Position numbers and translations under genes: made by a program. The notes beneath the pieces are model-generated. The model saw only the letters and a program-made list of their open reading frames with translations, was not told the origin of the DNA and did not search any database. Shown in pieces: positions 25,512 to 33,857 of a stretch of 64,000 nucleotides of DNA (position 1 is its first letter; every line of letters begins with the position of its first letter). This stretch comes from an uncultured Candidatus Saccharibacteria bacterium (GTDB taxonomy: Bacteria; Patescibacteriota; Minisyncoccia; Phycocordibacterales; CSBR16-119): assembly GCA_964589975.1 (NCBI GenBank), contig CAZPVH010000001.1, positions 23,214 to 87,213 of the forward strand, given 5' to 3'.

Positions 25512-26774
25512 ATGCCGATATCAATAAGAAAATTTCCTCGGGCGATTGTTCATGTCGACGGGGATTCTTTCTTTGTCTCATGTGAGCTCGCGAGTCGGCC
25601 GGATTTAGTTGGCAAACCAGTAGTGACTGGCGAAGAGCGCGGGATTGCGACTGCCATGAGTCCCGAGGCGAAAAGGCTCGGAGTTACTCGCGGCATGCCG
25701 GTTCACCAGATCCGGCGCGAATTCCCATCTGTCGTGATCCTTCCTTCGGATTATGAAAGCTACGCCATGTATTCTCGCCGAATGAAAGATATAGTTCTTC
25801 GCTATACCCCCGAAGTTGAAGAGTACTCGATCGATGAATGCTTTGCCGATATTTCCGGGCTTCGACGGAGTCTTAATATGTCTTATGAAGAGATTGCCGC
25901 CGCGATAAAGATTGACCTTCAAGCGGAGCTCGGCATGACTTTTTCCGTAGGCTTATCAGTCACGAAAGTCTTAGCAAAGGTAGCTTCCAAATGGGACAAA
26001 CCGGACGGTCTAACTTTTATTCCTGGATACAAGATAGAAGAGTTTTTACAAAAACTTCCTGCAAAAGATGTTTGGGGCATCGGGCCTAATACATATTTAT
26101 ATCTTGAGAAGCTTGGGATTAAAACAGCTCTTGATTTAGCAAAGAAAGATTTGGAGTTTGTTAGAACATATTTTACAAAACCCTTAGAGGAAATTTGGCG
26201 AGAGCTTCGCGGTGAACACATACTCCAACTCTCCGTCGGCAAGAAGACTGAATACCGGTCCATCATGAAGACTCGAACATTCACACCGGCGTCATCTGAG
26301 ATATCTGTCATTCTGGCGGAGATATCTCGAAACATTGAATCTGCATGCGCTCGCCTCCGTCTACATGATCTTTATGCCAAAGAAGCAATTTTTTATATCA
26401 AAAGCCAGGATTTTCGTCATCATGGATTAGAAATCAAATTCCCAATCCCGATCGCGACACCAGACAGAATGATTCGCTTGGTTGAAGAAAATTTTCATAA
26501 AGTTTATGAAAAAGGAAAAACATATAGAGCCACGGGAATTATTTTGAAACAAATCACGCCAGGACGAGCGGTAAGTCCGGATCTATTCGGCGAGTTCGTG
26601 AGAGGGGAAGAGGTAAGAAAGATTTATGATGAGATTGATGCGCTTTCCAAAAAATTCGGTCAATCGATCGTGACGCTCGGATCAAGCATGATGGGAAAAA
26701 ACTCCACTACAATCCATCAGAGGAAGCTTGTTAACAGAATATTGCCGCTACCACTTCTCGGGAAGGTCCACTAA
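25512..26774 (+). CDS. dinB: Y-family DNA polymerase IV (DinB)
   Basis: HVDGDSFFVSCE active-site motif. Start set at ATG 25512, immediately after the lexA stop. Confidence 0.9.
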   Translation: MPISIRKFPRAIVHVDGDSFFVSCELASRPDLVGKPVVTGEERGIATAMSPEAKRLGVTRGMPVHQIRREFPSVVILPSDYESYAMYSRRMKDIVLRYTPEVEEYSIDECFADISGLRRSLNMSYEEIAAAIKIDLQAELGMTFSVGLSVTKVLAKVASKWDKPDGLTFIPGYKIEEFLQKLPAKDVWGIGPNTYLYLEKLGIKTALDLAKKDLEFVRTYFTKPLEEIWRELRGEHILQLSVGKKTEYRSIMKTRTFTPASSEISVILAEISRNIESACARLRLHDLYAKEAIFYIKSQDFRHHGLEIKFPIPIATPDRMIRLVEENFHKVYEKGKTYRATGIILKQITPGRAVSPDLFGEFVRGEEVRKIYDEIDALSKKFGQSIVTLGSSMMGKNSTTIHQRKLVNRILPLPLLGKVH

Positions 26775-26822
26775 AAAGAAGAAGCCCTGCAAGCAAGGCT
26801 TCTCTTCTGATTCGCACCGCGC

Positions 26823-27659
26823 TTAGGTCTTCACGACCAGTTCCTTCTTCTTGTCCTTCGGGGTCCTTTTTGCGGTTATGATCTGAAAGCTAATCCCCGC
26901 AGGAGATTCACTCATGACTGGAACTCCGCTGTATTCAGGGTCAATCAATGTCCCAACCCCGGGCAGGAGGCTTACTGCCCCAGCCAGGTTTCCTTTGACG
27001 TTCATGTCGAACACGCGAATTGGCATATGGTTCTCGCGGCAGAGGGTAAAAGAGGTCAGGTCCATCACGCCAAGATTTTTGTCATAAACCTCGCCGAAGC
27101 TGACATGTTCGTAGCGCAAGGTGTTTTTGTCCTGCTCTGGATCCGCCGTATACACTCCGCCAACCCGGGTTCCCTTGAGAACTATATCGGCTTTGATTTC
27201 GACCGCCCGTAGCGCGGCTGCGGTGTCGGTCGTGAAATAAGGATTGCCGGTACCCATTCCGAAGATTATGACACGGCCTTTCTCCAGATGCCTGACGGCG
27301 CGCCGGAAGATGAATGGTTCGGCAATCTGCTCCATCTTCAGCGCCGACAGGAGACGCGTGGCCTGTCCTCGGGTTTCAAGAGCGCTTTGCAGCGCCAAGC
27401 TGTTGATCATCGTCGCCAGCATGCCCATGTGGTCGCCCTGAACACGGTCAATGCCGTTTGACTCGGCTTGCTTGCCTCGGTAAATGTTACCGCCGCCGAC
27501 TATGATCGCGAGCTGTATACCTTGTTTGCTTACCGCTATGATCTCTTCGGCGTAAGCGCTAATGACGGAATCGTCGATCCCATACTCTTTTTCGCCCATG
27601 AGGCTTTCGCCGGATAGTTTCAAAAGAACTCGTTTCGCTGGCTGGGTGGTTTCGGCCAT
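26823..27659 (-). CDS. pyrH: UMP kinase PyrH (with an ~40-aa basic C-terminal extension)
   Basis: [15 protein letters not shown] motifs; 278 aa. Confidence 0.92.
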   Translation of the reverse strand: MAETTQPAKRVLLKLSGESLMGEKEYGIDDSVISAYAEEIIAVSKQGIQLAIIVGGGNIYRGKQAESNGIDRVQGDHMGMLATMINSLALQSALETRGQATRLLSALKMEQIAEPFIFRRAVRHLEKGRVIIFGMGTGNPYFTTDTAAALRAVEIKADIVLKGTRVGGVYTADPEQDKNTLRYEHVSFGEVYDKNLGVMDLTSFTLCRENHMPIRVFDMNVKGNLAGAVSLLPGVGTLIDPEYSGVPVMSESPAGISFQIITAKRTPKDKKKELVVKT

Positions 27660-27913
27660 GATTTTGGGGTTTTTGGTTTTTTGAAAGGAAGAGGGTGCAA
27701 ACTTGTCGAGGTGCCTCTAAAGTATCAGTGTACCACGCCGGCTTTTATCACCGCAAACCGAGTGTATGATGAGGTCATGATATATAAAAAATTTGTTGTT
27801 GGTTGTCGTTTGACATAATCATTTTTATAGCCACAAACACCCTTTTAATAAGTCAGTATGGAGAGAGGATATTCGGATTTTACAAACAGAGAGCTGGATA
27901 TTAGGGAAAGAAA

Positions 27914-27938
27914 AAATCCCCTGATTGGGGATTTTTTC
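27914..27938. terminator. bidirectional terminator (aaaatcccctgattggggatttt)
   Basis: Hairpin flanked by A-run and T-run. Confidence 0.65.
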
Positions 27939-27946
27939 TTTCTGGC

Positions 27947-28078
27947 TTAGGCAGCCGGAGTCGCTTCGGGGGCCATAGGGGTTTCTTCTTCAGGTTTCAT
28001 TTCTGTACCTTCAGCAGCGCCTTCCTGGGCCTCTTCCATTCCTTCCTTTTTTGTTTCTTCTGTTGTTGAATCTGTCAT
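27947..28078 (-). CDS. 43-aa acidic micro-protein (MTDSTTEETKKEGMEEAQEGAAEGTEMKPEEETPMAPEATPAA)
   Basis: ATG 28078 to TAA 27947; terminator immediately downstream; below the track cutoff. Confidence 0.4.
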   Translation of the reverse strand: MTDSTTEETKKEGMEEAQEGAAEGTEMKPEEETPMAPEATPAA

Positions 28079-28145
28079 ATGGTTGAAATTACTGATAATG
28101 ATGATTATATCACAGATTTCCTTACTTTTCTAACGAGTATATTCT

Positions 28146-28295
28146 CTAGTTTTCGTCGTCCTCTCTTACTTCATCGGCCTTTTCTTCTAGGGCGTCCGCT
28201 TTATCTTCCATGGCATCCGCGGCTTCTTCTTGGGCGTCTTCAATCCGATCTTCGGCTTCGTTAATTCGCGCGTCTTGTTCGCTTGTATCTGCCAT
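28146..28295 (-). CDS. 49-aa acidic coiled-coil micro-protein (MADTSEQDARINEAEDRIEDAQEEAADAMEDKADALEEKADEVREDDEN)
   Basis: ATG 28295 to TAG 28146, in tandem with the 43-aa ORF; below the track cutoff. Confidence 0.4.
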   Translation of the reverse strand: MADTSEQDARINEAEDRIEDAQEEAADAMEDKADALEEKADEVREDDEN

Positions 28296-28352
28296 AAAAT
28301 TTGAAATTAAACTGATAACCCTAAACTCATATTAACATAGTATAATGGCGGG

Positions 28353-28988
28353 ATGGAAATAATCGCCTTATCATGCTCGCCGTCCCGCGGCAGAAATTCT
28401 GACCAGATGCTGGACCACTTTATTTTGGGAGCGAAAGAGATCTCGGGAATACAGATCGAAAAAATTTACCTCAGTGATATTCCGATTGATTATTATTCTT
28501 ATGAAAATAGTCGCGGTACAGGTGTACACGAGGAAAAATTCGCCGCTCTATCGGAGAGGATTAAAAAAGCCGAAGGACTTGTGATTGCCACACCAACATA
28601 TAATTTTTCGGTGCCAGCTCATCTCAAGAATTTTATCGACCGTATACGTTTCATCGCGCTAGACTTGAATCATAAGAACGGTCTCGGGCAGCCGGTAGGG
28701 AAGCTTGGCCACTTGCGAACCTATTTCCTTGTTTCGGGAGGCACGCCGACCTGGGCGGAAAAAATTCTATTCTTCGCCTTTCCGGCCTTTTGGCTTCGCG
28801 GGGTATTTCTGTATTTTGGAGCGAAAGTCATGGGTGCTATATACACCGGAAATGTCAGATCATTCGAGGATAAATCTCTTCATGAGAAATGTCGCAAAGC
28901 TGGAAAGAAATATGCTCAAAAAGTTTTGACTGGTCACAGCCATGGATTCCTCGAAGACATCTTCTGGCGTCCGCCACAGGTTAAATAA
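28353..28988 (+). CDS. NAD(P)H-dependent FMN reductase-like flavoprotein
   Basis: LVIATPTYNFSVPAHLKNFIDR matches the FMN_red motif. TATAAT -10 lies 12 nt upstream of the ATG. Confidence 0.7.
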   Translation: MEIIALSCSPSRGRNSDQMLDHFILGAKEISGIQIEKIYLSDIPIDYYSYENSRGTGVHEEKFAALSERIKKAEGLVIATPTYNFSVPAHLKNFIDRIRFIALDLNHKNGLGQPVGKLGHLRTYFLVSGGTPTWAEKILFFAFPAFWLRGVFLYFGAKVMGAIYTGNVRSFEDKSLHEKCRKAGKKYAQKVLTGHSHGFLEDIFWRPPQVK

Positions 28989-28990
28989 AA

Positions 28991-29404
28991 TTACCCGAAT
29001 CTCTCGTTATATTTTTCTTTACTGAGTTCTATGAGCCTATTTAGTCTGCCGTCCATGCCGCTGCCATTTAATAGGTGTCGCAAGAATAGACTGTCATCAT
29101 AATTTGAACTGTTTTGAGGCAGGACGTAAATATTATTCATTTCTGTATCGTCACCAAAAACTATCTTGATGCCTTCGTCCTTCATTCTCTCGATGATCTT
29201 GTCTACTGGCGTGGCAAGTCCCGGGTAGCCCTCGAATTTTTCTTCTTCGGCTTTTATCTCGGCATACAAGGCCGGCTCAATCCCAGGAAAAGGGAAACCA
29301 TCAGCCGACTCTTTTAGCTCTGAAGCAAGCATTACGAATTCACGCTTATTTGCCCATTCCTTCTTTTCTTCTTTCTTCGGTAACCCCGGACCTTTTTCAT
29401 TCAT
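28991..29404 (-). CDS. hypothetical protein, 137 aa
   Basis: Clean ORF; no family recognised. Confidence 0.6.
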   Translation of the reverse strand: MNEKGPGLPKKEEKKEWANKREFVMLASELKESADGFPFPGIEPALYAEIKAEEEKFEGYPGLATPVDKIIERMKDEGIKIVFGDDTEMNNIYVLPQNSSNYDDSLFLRHLLNGSGMDGRLNRLIELSKEKYNERFG

Positions 29405-29427
29405 GTGACAAATTATACCAAAGAAAA

Positions 29428-29456
29428 AGGCCCGCCGTACGGCGGGCCAAAGTCTT
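29428..29456 (-). terminator. terminator (ggcccgccgtacggcgggcc)
   Basis: GC hairpin after the HAD gene stop. Confidence 0.65.
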
Positions 29457-29458
29457 CT

Positions 29459-30103
29459 TCAGAGACCGGCTATGAACTCGGGGGTAACTTCAGCGAGAGA
29501 CGTTACCAGGTGCTGGGTTGGATATTTCAGTGTCTTGTCCCTCACAAGTCCGATACATCTCATTCCGGCTCGTCTTGCGGCTTCCATGCCGCTTATGCCA
29601 TCCTCGAAGACCAGGCATTGGCTAGGCGGGACGCGAATTTCGCTGGCCGCACACAAGAAGATCTCAGGATCAGGTTTGCCCCTCTCAACCATGTCGCCGC
29701 AGATAATTGTCTGAAAATGATCGCGCAGGTAGAGCTTGTAGAGTACGCACCTAACGTACTCGGTAACTGAGGCCGATCCTACGGCCAGTGGTCCCTCAAA
29801 GAACAGCCTGTTGATAAGTGCGGTCGCCCCAGGAACCTCTTCCACTGAATCGTGCGCGAGCGCAGTCATGCGTTGCCACTTTTCGTCCATGAGCGCGTCC
29901 ATGTCGAATGTCTGACCAGTTGGCGTCAGGAGATCGGTCATGAAGTCACGGGTTCGCACACCGGAGTATCTGATGGTTATCTCTTGCGGCGTCAATGCAA
30001 CACCGAAGCGCGACAGAAGCTCTGATTCAACTCGCGAGTGCAGTTTCTGAGTGTCGGAAACGACTCCGTCGAGATCAAAAATATATCCTCGTATTCTGGT
30101 CAT
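29459..30103 (-). CDS. HAD-IA hydrolase (beta-phosphoglucomutase/phosphatase-like)
   Basis: N-terminal DxD motif YIFDLDGVVSDT plus other HAD motifs. Confidence 0.85.
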   Translation of the reverse strand: MTRIRGYIFDLDGVVSDTQKLHSRVESELLSRFGVALTPQEITIRYSGVRTRDFMTDLLTPTGQTFDMDALMDEKWQRMTALAHDSVEEVPGATALINRLFFEGPLAVGSASVTEYVRCVLYKLYLRDHFQTIICGDMVERGKPDPEIFLCAASEIRVPPSQCLVFEDGISGMEAARRAGMRCIGLVRDKTLKYPTQHLVTSLAEVTPEFIAGL

Positions 30104-30165
30104 GTTGCGATTGGTTTTTAAAGATACTATCTATATCCATAAAAAAGTAAAGGAAATTAAAAAGC

Positions 30166-30192
30166 CCTCCGGGAGTGGGGTCCGGAGGGCTT
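30166..30192 (-). terminator. intrinsic terminator on the minus strand (gccctccgga-ccccactc-ccggagggc + TTTTT)
   Basis: Perfect 9-bp stem; T-run on the minus strand. Confidence 0.65.
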
Positions 30193-30362
30193 TCAGTGCC
30201 AGGCGCTTTACCAGCTCAATTTCTTGCCGCAGGCGCATCTTATATTTTCATGGGTCACCCGCCTCTTTTCGGGCGGATGGGGGCATGGCGGATTCTGAGA
30301 AGGAACAGGTCGGATTCGGTGAATCCGGAGGGGGAATAGCTTTATGGGCATTTGTTTGGTTT
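30193..30362 (-). ncRNA. candidate ~170-200-nt small RNA / antisense RNA (unclassified)
   Basis: Bounded by the consensus promoter at 30369-30396 and the terminator at 30166-30192 on the minus strand. Internal hairpins (cggattcaccgaatccg; ccgcccgaaaagaggcgg). Only a Pro-rich 47-codon ORF inside. Confidence 0.4.
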
Positions 30363-30368
30363 TTTGCG

Positions 30369-30396
30369 ATATTACATTATTTTATGGATATGTCAA
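30369..30396 (-). promoter_or_regulatory. consensus sigma70 promoter TTGACA-N16-TAATAT
   Basis: Minus strand: tTTGACAtatccataaaataatgTAATAT. Confidence 0.6.
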
Positions 30397-30403
30397 ATAA
30401 ATG

Positions 30404-30432
30404 AAAAGCCCGCCATACGGCGGGCGTTCATT
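30404..30432 (-). terminator. terminator (gcccgccgtatggcgggc + T-run on minus strand)
   Basis: Directly after the stop of the Cys-rich protein gene. Confidence 0.65.
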
Positions 30433-30772
30433 TCCGGGTTAGGTCTGCCAGCTTCTCTTTATCAAGTCGCGCTAATACGTTAGGAGATAGACCAGGGATA
30501 CAGGAGATACAGTATCCGAGCTGTGTTTCCATGTCCATTACCAGGTAAGCGTGATTGGTAAGCTCTGCACACGGTCCATCGCATGTGGAACATGACTCGT
30601 GATCGATATTGTCGAACCAGCTGCCGTCACCTGCTACGGTCTCACATGTGTCACAGCAGCCACTCGTATAGCAGTCTTTGCAGTGGGTATCTGGACCACA
30701 AGTTTCTCCAAGTTTGGTCTTTTGGTACCAAACATAACCATCTTCGTTAGCCATGGGGGATCGTTTTTCCAT
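30428..30772 (-). CDS. cysteine-rich small protein (11 Cys in 114 aa)
   Basis: CGPDTHCKDCYTSGCCDTCE...CSTCDGPC...YCISC; no signal peptide; likely metal-binding. Confidence 0.6.
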   Translation of the reverse strand: MEKRSPMANEDGYVWYQKTKLGETCGPDTHCKDCYTSGCCDTCETVAGDGSWFDNIDHESCSTCDGPCAELTNHAYLVMDMETQLGYCISCIPGLSPNVLARLDKEKLADLTRK

Positions 30773-30853
30773 ATCTTACCCTAATAATCTAAATTAGAAA
30801 GGGTTATTGACTTGTATGCCTTTTTATGTTAAACAATACCAAAAGAAAACCAA

Positions 30854-31390
30854 ATGCAGAAGCTCACTTACAGACATCTTCAGGTCGGCAAGGTGTATAA
30901 CAGGGTCTATACGGGACCGAACGAAGCCTACGCTGCAATCAACGGCAAGGAGACGTTTCGTGTCATCTCAGTCGAGCCGAATCTCGTCTGCCAGATCCTC
31001 TTCGATCAGTTCGGCAGCCCGATGGAGAAAGAGATCACCGGCGGTCACATTACGTTCCCCGTGCCAGAAAAAGCCTTCGAGGAGTTCGACATCTTTACAG
31101 CGCCTGACCGGAACGACTGGTTCATCAAGTCGGCCATCATGACGGTCGCCGATGCCTTGGAGCAGGGGTTCATCACGATGGATATGGCCAAGCAGTCCGC
31201 GCTTCACGTGACTTGCTATAACTGGGGCGATGCGTTCTACATGTCGTGCCAAGTTGACGAAAGTCGTCGCCCGAAGCAGAACCCGTACTTGCAAACTGTC
31301 TTCTTCGTCTGGAAGAGCCACAAGGAAATGGAGGACGATCTCTTGGAGAACAAGGTGGCAACACGTGTTAAATCCAAGGCAGAGTCTTAG
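30854..31390 (+). CDS. hypothetical protein, 178 aa (GC-rich gene)
   Basis: ORF with C-ending codon bias; terminator downstream. Confidence 0.6.
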   Translation: MQKLTYRHLQVGKVYNRVYTGPNEAYAAINGKETFRVISVEPNLVCQILFDQFGSPMEKEITGGHITFPVPEKAFEEFDIFTAPDRNDWFIKSAIMTVADALEQGFITMDMAKQSALHVTCYNWGDAFYMSCQVDESRRPKQNPYLQTVFFVWKSHKEMEDDLLENKVATRVKSKAES

Positions 31391-31412
31391 CTCATCCACA
31401 CAAACACAACGA

Positions 31413-31445
31413 AAGTAAAAAGCCCGCCTTCCGGCGGGCTTTTCT
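31413..31445. terminator. bidirectional terminator (gcccgccttccggcgggc)
   Basis: GC hairpin between convergent genes. Confidence 0.7.
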
Positions 31446-31446
31446 C

Positions 31447-31947
31447 TTATCCGTTAAAGGCTTTATCAAGATCGGCAATGATGATTTTCTTCATGCCGAG
31501 CATGGCTTCCGTAGCGCGTTTTTCAGCGGGGGAGTTGCCACCGAGCCATTTGCTCATTGGCGGAACAATCTGCCAAGAGTAACCCCATTTGTCCTTGCAC
31601 CAGCCGCACTGGCTCTCCATACCATCCTTTGTTATAGCATTCCAGAAGTGGTCTATTTCTTCCTGAGTAGCGCAGTCAACTAGGAAAGACACCGATTCAT
31701 TTGGCTTGAAAATTGGTCCGCCGTCGAGTGCCATAAATGTTTGTCCTTCGAGCTCGAATACTCCGGTCAAAACTTTTCCTTCCATGCCGGCCATCGGTCC
31801 TTCGGTTATGCCTCCGGGGTAGCGTTTGATCGTAACAATTTTTGACTCGGATTTCTTTGCAGGGTTTCCGTTAAATAAATTTACATAAAAATTCATCGCT
31901 TCTTCTGTGTCTTTATCGAACCACATGAATGGGGTTATTTTTTGCAT
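31447..31947 (-). CDS. VOC-family protein, PhnB / 3-demethylubiquinone-9 3-methyltransferase-like
   Basis: MQKITPFMWFDKDTEEAMNFYVNLF... matches the PhnB-like VOC N-terminal signature. Confidence 0.75.
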   Translation of the reverse strand: MQKITPFMWFDKDTEEAMNFYVNLFNGNPAKKSESKIVTIKRYPGGITEGPMAGMEGKVLTGVFELEGQTFMALDGGPIFKPNESVSFLVDCATQEEIDHFWNAITKDGMESQCGWCKDKWGYSWQIVPPMSKWLGGNSPAEKRATEAMLGMKKIIIADLDKAFNG

Positions 31948-31969
31948 AAATATTTTAATTATTAAATTA

Positions 31970-32800
31970 CTAATTTATTTCACACTGCGTGACCTGACCT
32001 GTCTCGTAGCCTCTGTCAAAGGCCGCCAGCCTCTGCGCCGAGGATCCGTGCGTCCATGATTCCTGATCTACGCGCCCGGTAGTCTTCTGCTGGATCCTGT
32101 CGTCGCCGACAGCCGCGGCGGCATCCATGGCTTCGTTGATTTCTCCCGGCTCAAAAACCCCCAAGTCCCGGATCGAATACGCCCAGAGTCCGGCGAAGCA
32201 GTCGGCTTGGAGTTCAACTTTTATCGAATCGGCATTCGACTGGCTTCCGTCCAGTATTCCTAACTCATTCTGCACATGGTGGCCGACTTCGTGGGCAATG
32301 ACGTACGCTTCAGCGACATCGCCGCCTTCGGCTCCGAGCTTGATTTCAAGCTCTTCAAAAAATGTTTCGTCGAGATAAATATTATTATCGGCCGGACAGT
32401 AGTGCGGACCAACGTAGCTCATTGCGCCGCCGCAGCCGGACTCTGTACCGCCGCGAAAGAGCACCAGGCTCGGTTCGGTATAAGAAAGACTATTTCTTGC
32501 GAACACGTCCGACCACATGTCGTTTGCGGATCCGAGTACTGTGGAAGCGAAGACTTCGTATGAGTCGAGTCCCTCAAAGTCCGAAGTATCGTAAGAATCC
32601 GTTGGGGCGAGCTGTGACTGTTCAAGCGTGGTCAGCACATCAGTCAAATCTCCGCCGCCTAATATATTGAGAAGAAGGATTATGGCGATACCGGCAATGC
32701 CAAGACCGCCTCCGATCATTTGCGGACTGCCTCTTCGGTCAAAAACTTTTCCACGGCTTCCAATTTTATCCCACATTGCCATAGCCTCATTATGGCACAA
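31970..32800 (-). CDS. YpfJ-family putative neutral zinc metallopeptidase
   Basis: HEVGHHVQ zinc motif; N-terminal TM. The track start is TTG; true start likely ATG a few codons in (about 32782). Confidence 0.75.
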   Translation of the reverse strand: MCHNEAMAMWDKIGSRGKVFDRRGSPQMIGGGLGIAGIAIILLLNILGGGDLTDVLTTLEQSQLAPTDSYDTSDFEGLDSYEVFASTVLGSANDMWSDVFARNSLSYTEPSLVLFRGGTESGCGGAMSYVGPHYCPADNNIYLDETFFEELEIKLGAEGGDVAEAYVIAHEVGHHVQNELGILDGSQSNADSIKVELQADCFAGLWAYSIRDLGVFEPGEINEAMDAAAAVGDDRIQQKTTGRVDQESWTHGSSAQRLAAFDRGYETGQVTQCEIN

Positions 32801-32811
32801 AAGGAGTTAGT

Positions 32812-33273
32812 CTAGAATTGGCTGACTGTTTGGAATTCCTGCTCTGGCGGAACGTATTCAGGACTTCCTTCCTCGAATTCTTTTCTTTGAACAAGATACT
32901 TGGATTCTGACTTTACGACTTTGTAATATCGTCCAAATCCGGCGTAGTAGCAAATGATCATAGTTGAATCCTTGTAGACATCCTTGTCTGCTTCGGGGTA
33001 CTCGTTACAACCACCTTCGATAGTTTCAATTTCTTTTGTTCGCGTCTCGCCACCAGGATATGTTGCCGTGAGGCTAATGGTGGAGTGGGGGATGAAATTT
33101 TTTTCTACGGGTTCTGAATAGTCCCAGGTAAAAATTGGCTCGCCTCGCGGTACAGATTCTTCCGTCGCGGTAGGATTTTCATTTGCTGGACTTGTCGTAT
33201 TCAAATTCGCTTTGACGATAATCGCTCCGACGATGATGACGATAATAATGATGAGGTAATGTTGTTTTTTCAT
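32812..33273 (-). CDS. membrane-anchored hypothetical protein, 153 aa
   Basis: N-terminal hydrophobic anchor (IIIIVIIVGAIIV). Confidence 0.6.
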   Translation of the reverse strand: MKKQHYLIIIIVIIVGAIIVKANLNTTSPANENPTATEESVPRGEPIFTWDYSEPVEKNFIPHSTISLTATYPGGETRTKEIETIEGGCNEYPEADKDVYKDSTMIICYYAGFGRYYKVVKSESKYLVQRKEFEEGSPEYVPPEQEFQTVSQF

Positions 33274-33326
33274 TTTATCAGTATAGCTACCGTAGCGGGG
33301 AAGTCCAAATTTGCTAAAATGTCCCT

Positions 33327-33563
33327 ATGAATATGCCGCATAAATTACCTTCTGATTTGCAGAAAGCCATAATTTCTAATAAGTCAGCATTTGCTATCTG
33401 GGAAGACATTACGCCACTCGCTCGGAACGAGTGGATTTGCTGGGTCACGTCAGGGAAGAAAGAAGAGACTAGGGGGATTCGTATAAAGAAAGCCGTTTCA
33501 AAGCTTTCAGGCGGTATGCGTCGCCCGTGCTGCTGGGCCGGATGTCCGCACAGGTCTAAATAA
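33327..33563 (+). CDS. YdeI/OmpD-associated (OmdA) family protein
   Basis: PSDLQKAIISNKSAFAIWEDITPLARNEWICWVTSGKKEETRGIRIKKAV matches the PF13376 pattern. Confidence 0.7.
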   Translation: MNMPHKLPSDLQKAIISNKSAFAIWEDITPLARNEWICWVTSGKKEETRGIRIKKAVSKLSGGMRRPCCWAGCPHRSK

Positions 33564-33567
33564 AAAC

Positions 33568-33600
33568 CACCCGACCGAAACCGGGCGGTTTTCATCGGGT
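33568..33600. terminator. terminator (ccacccgaccgaaaccgggcggtt + T-run)
   Basis: Hairpin + TTTTCATC. Confidence 0.6.
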
Positions 33601-33608
33601 GGTGTTGA

Positions 33609-33839
33609 TCAGTTCAGAACTTCAAGCTCAGTCGGTTCGTATGTCTGCTCCGTGCCATCCGCATGTCGGACGTCGTAGCAGAGGCCGTGCGAGTCGTGGT
33701 GAGTGACCACGGTACCTTCCACGCCCCATTGACAATTGGTTCTGGCGCCCTCTATGTATTGACTTGCGGCAGTGGGGTCTTCCTGGGTTGTTTTCACCTT
33801 TGTTCCAGGAGCGATCGGGGGATAGGGTTTCTGTTCCAT
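33609..33839 (-). CDS. small beta-rich hypothetical protein, 76 aa (SH3-like, DUF1918-like)
   Basis: G.KV...G.EGTVV....G..Y.V.H.DG pattern. An alternative overlapping frame (33628-33861) was rejected. Confidence 0.45.
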   Translation of the reverse strand: MEQKPYPPIAPGTKVKTTQEDPTAASQYIEGARTNCQWGVEGTVVTHHDSHGLCYDVRHADGTEQTYEPTELEVLN

Positions 33840-33857
33840 GTTTGGTTTTGGTTTGGG

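Noticed and set aside
27807-27913. TTGACA at 27807 followed by a 15-codon ORF (MERGYSDFTNRELDI) ending at the terminator
   Set aside because: No acceptable -10 at the right spacing and no SD; probably chance.
30250-30290. Plus-strand sequence tgggtcacccgcc...cgggcggatggg reminiscent of ZTP (pfl) riboswitch conserved blocks
   Set aside because: I cannot reproduce the full pfl consensus from memory; no downstream plus-strand gene to regulate. Needs a covariance-model search.
30051-30404. 117-aa plus-strand ORF
   Set aside because: 5' part is antisense to the HAD gene and crosses a terminator; only the last 39 codons (30286-30405) might be a real hydrophobic peptide (see finding).
33314-33595. 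93-aa minus-strand ORF
   Set aside because: Antisense to the YdeI-like gene, which has a recognisable family signature.
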